Below are positions 57,656 to 64,000 of a DNA stretch of 64,000 bases, one piece after another. How positions within the stretch are numbered: position 1 is the stretch's first letter; each line of letters starts with the position of its first letter. Source of the stretch: Chrysomallon squamiferum (taxonomy: Eukaryota; Animalia; Mollusca); NCBI GenBank assembly GCA_012295275.1, contig CM022667.1, forward strand, positions 10,292,001 to 10,356,000, written 5' to 3'. The translations under genes and the position numbers were made by a program. The notes under the pieces are model-generated. The model was not told the origin of the DNA. It ran no database searches and saw nothing but the letters and a program-made list of their open reading frames with translations.

Positions 57656-57800
57656 CAACAACAAAAATAGTTATATCAATAACAACACTGACAATAAGAA
57701 TAATTAAAATGATAAAAATAATTAAATAGGATACAGTATGAGTTAATGGAATGCAAAGCTTCTGTATTGTATACAAGAAATAACTTTGTGTAAAATACTG

Positions 57801-57844
<44 letters not shown>

Positions 57845-57915
57845 ATTCACTCATTTAATATAATAACTATTTATTTGGTCCCATGGTTTTGGTAATGTTT
57901 AATCTTTTAAAGATA

Positions 57916-57946
<31 letters not shown>

Positions 57947-58884
57947 GTGTGTGTGGGTGATGCTTCTACATATTTATATTTATATTTATATACAGTTGGT
58001 CAAGTAATATAAAAATGATTTTAATTTAATTATATTGCAGCCATGTCATAAGTTGGCACTCCAAAATAAATAAATAAATTAAAAATTAAAAACAATTGCA
58101 GATAAAAAAAGCAACATGATAATAATAGTTATAAAAATATTATTTATTACATTCTATTTTTAAAAAACCCATCAAAATAGTTTTACAGCATACACAGATA
58201 TGAATGACTGATATAATATATAAGTATGGAAAATATCCTCATTAAACAGTCAATGTTCAGGGAATGGAATTTTGTTTAGGTTTCCAAAATTTGCTTTGTT
58301 TCATGTTAATGCTCCAAAATACAAACTGATCAACATGATAATAATGATTAAAAATAAATTATAATACCAGTAATGACGAAAAAAGAGGAAAATGTAAGAA
58401 ATTAACCAAATTTTAAAATTCCTTCCAAAATGAAATCTATAAAATAAAAACCAGTTTGAACAATTTCTATTAATTAGCATAATGATAGAATTCATTATTA
58501 TAATATTATCAGTTTTAGTTTTAAGATACAAAAATTATTTTAAAACAAAATATCCTTCAGTATATGCATGTTTAAATAGAGTTCAACATATATAATACCA
58601 GCAAATTATCAGCCTATCTCAATGTATAGATGGTAACAGAAAACAATATTTTTGAAATTAAATTAATAAAATAAAAGATAGGCTACTTAAATTTGACATC
58701 AATTTATTTCAATCAATATAGCCCAAAATTTAAGTATACTAAAACACTCAAACAATTTGCCTCACTTGTGAATGAAAGAAACCCCAAACACTTATATGAT
58801 TTTCAAAAAAGATAATAATAAAAGGTAAATATTATTCATTTTAGTATTAAATTATATAAAATTATAATTATTAAATGATGGGTT

Positions 58885-59015
58885 AATGGCTAGTTTATTA
58901 GAAATCTACCCAATCTGATAAAATTATCATTTAATAATGGCTAGATAACTAGAAATTTAGCCACCTGGATAAAATTATCATTTGATAATGGCTAGATGAT
59001 TAGAAATTTAGCCAT
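58885..59015 (+). repeat. 51-bp tandem repeat (~2.6 copies)
   Basis: aatggctag...tagaaat(t)ta...gataaaattatcattt units start at 58885, 58936 and 58987. Confidence 0.75.
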
Positions 59016-59529
59016 TTTGTAAAGTTCACCAACATCAGATGATGTGTTAATTTGAGCAAGTTATCTCATATTAATACCTTTCTCGAGTTTTGTGGTTTAG
59101 ATTCTCTAAACCTTTTTATTTTTTTTAATTTGTGGACCAGGCTAGTCCATATTTTCTTTTTTTTTAACAAGTATATTATATTTCAAACATATCCAAAATT
59201 GTCAAAAAAATAAATTAAGTAAAGCAAAACTAATTTGATTAAAGAGAGAAATAAAATAACAATTCAAATAAATTAATTTAACCATAAAATCATCGCACCA
59301 ATATTCATAATGTGATTATGTAAGAAAGAATACAGGAGCTAATTAAAACAGTCCTGAAAAGAGAAAAAAACGATGTCTCTAAAAAGTATTAAAGAATATA
59401 ATTTTCATCATGATATTAAATATGAAAAACTTTCTTCTTTTTTTTCTTCTTTCTTTTCTTTAGGAATGATTTCGTCACCATTAGTTAAATATTTTTCATT
59501 TAACCTTTTCAGTCTTTGTTCATAACAAA

Positions 59530-59564
<35 letters not shown>

Positions 59565-59662
59565 TTTAAACAAACAAATAAGCGAAAAATTAAAAATGAA
59601 AAATTCCAAACAAAACATTAACATCAGCAGTCTTAACCAAACAATAATTTACCAAGTCACAA

Positions 59663-62365
<2,703 letters not shown>

Positions 62366-64000
62366 CTGTGAGCAAGAGAAAATGTATTAGAAGCTCTAAC
62401 TGCAAGATACTGGCTCACCTAAGGGACAGTCCTCTCGTATGTGTACATGTTGAAGATTATGTTAAGGTGCCCCCCAACCCCCTCAAAAAAAATAATAAAA
62501 TTTAAAAAAATTTCATTTGAGAGGGAGACCTTATGAAACAAAATATTCTGCCTGTGAGTATGTATCTTGAGGATGCCCCTTAAACAAAAGCATTCTATAT
62601 TAACAGCGAAGCAATGTGATGCCACTGGTCAACAGCCTGTTGAAGCTAGAACTACATTTTGTTACAGTATCTGCGTATCTGTTAGATTTTTGTATGAGCT
62701 CTAAATCTACCTATCTATCTTTTAGTTTCTTGTATCAAATCTACATCTTTCTATCTATCTATCTATCTATCTAGAATACATAACTGCCTTTAATCAATAT
62801 ACACCTTTTAATTATGCATAAAAACAAAAACAATGAAAGATTAAAATTAAAAATAAATAAATAACTACTACCATTTATTCTAACGTTTTAAATTGCTATA
62901 TATTAATATACATTATATTTTCTATTAGTATAAAGTTTTGTTAAAAAATTACCAATTTAATAACTATTAACTAACTTAATGTATTTTAATCACATTTCAG
63001 TGTTTTCCAGTCATTACTTTAATCTTTATTTTCAGTCTAGTCTGCTATTTAGTTTTTAATCACTATTGTAATCTCTTCCACTCACTACTGTAACTTCTAT
63101 TCCAATCACTACTATTATTTTGGTTCCAATCACTACTGTATTTTCAATTCCAAACATTACTTTATCACTATTTATTCTGTGTAATTACTGACAGTGTCAA
63201 TGCTTATCACTACTTTTAATCACTTTTTCATTTTCTATGCAATCTATTTCAACAATTAGTTTCTTAAATATTCACTTTTGGATTCATTTTCATTATTACT
63301 TTTTTCAACTAATTTATTTAGTTCTTACAATAAACATATTGAACTATTTAAAAAATAATAATAAAAACAGAGTAACACTAAAAGCTTCACTGAAAGAGTA
63401 CAAAACAAAATGAGCAGTTAAGAGATAATTTTAGTTTTTGTTATAAGAACTTGTGCAAGCCAATGTGAATGTTTTAATAATTAATTTCAATCACTTTTTG
63501 TAATAAGTTCATAGTAGTTATTTCCTAGTATAAATTGTGTTAATATGAAAGTGCAGTCAATTCAAATTTTAGTTATTAACAACAACAGATATTAATTTTT
63601 TTTAAAAAGAAAAAAAAAATAATAATAATAATAATAATTAAAGGATTTTTCAGAAATGATTAAACTAAGACTATAAAAAGCATAAAAGAAAACAAATTTC
63701 AGAAATATGTTTAACAAAACAGATATTATTTGTTAACACTAGGAATTATTTTTTTCAGTGATCTGCTAATTTCCCTCTCTATACATACGAAAGAAAACTC
63801 TCTTTGGTCTAGTTACAGCAATAACTTATTTTAACATTTCATCCATTTCTTCTTTCTCTTCTTTCCATTATTAAACCACTTGAATTCACAGCAAAACATT
63901 TGTACATACTTCATAATTTTAATTCCATCTATTTTTGATTTGTTCGCAAGCTTCTGCATAATCATTTCTATAAGTTATCAAAGTAGAAATGAGTAGAAAG

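Noticed and set aside
62419-62500. Candidate extra exon with a GTGAG donor at 62418
   Set aside because: It would leave a 53-nt intron, and the required frame hits a stop within ~15 codons with no clear acceptor.
63005-63250. Degenerate ~25-bp ccaatcactact repeats
   Set aside because: A decayed intronic minisatellite with no evident function.
63832-63968. Minus-strand short ORF NDMQKLANKSK...KKRKKKWMKC* after a tag| acceptor, and a similar short one near 60685-60723
   Set aside because: They could be alternative terminal exons of the right-hand gene, but there is no homology or phase support within the window.

Overview
AT-rich, microsatellite-dense, spliced eukaryotic DNA (animal; probably mollusc/gastropod judging by SINE-like tails, unverified). 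Most entries in the ORF track are microsatellite artefacts. The left 30 kb is a cluster of four SAM-less SAMHD1-like (HD-domain dNTP triphosphohydrolase) copies. These are: a 5'-deleted minus-strand copy running off the left edge (576-1449), a plus-strand pseudogene (~2460-4483), a full-length plus-strand paralogue A (6029-14735), and a full-length minus-strand paralogue B (29655-18660, with one apparent 1-nt frameshift). A and B form a tail-to-tail inverted duplication. The paralogues differ at substrate-pocket residues (human H370/Y374/Q375 equivalents). A has a duplicated exon with complementary degeneration and an apparently newly recruited start codon. Directly upstream of B lies a ~23 kb array of five 4.4-5.3 kb units (30.15-53.36 kb). 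Each unit carries a copy of B's non-coding first exon with an intact splice donor plus ISRE/GAS/kB-like motifs, so it is a candidate tandem promoter/first-exon amplification feeding one antiviral gene. Introns hold a hAT MITE, an RTE LINE remnant, SINE tails and a 1.9 kb foldback palindrome. The right end holds the last exons of an unidentified minus-strand gene. All gene models were read by hand from splice sites and reading frames; no database search was run.
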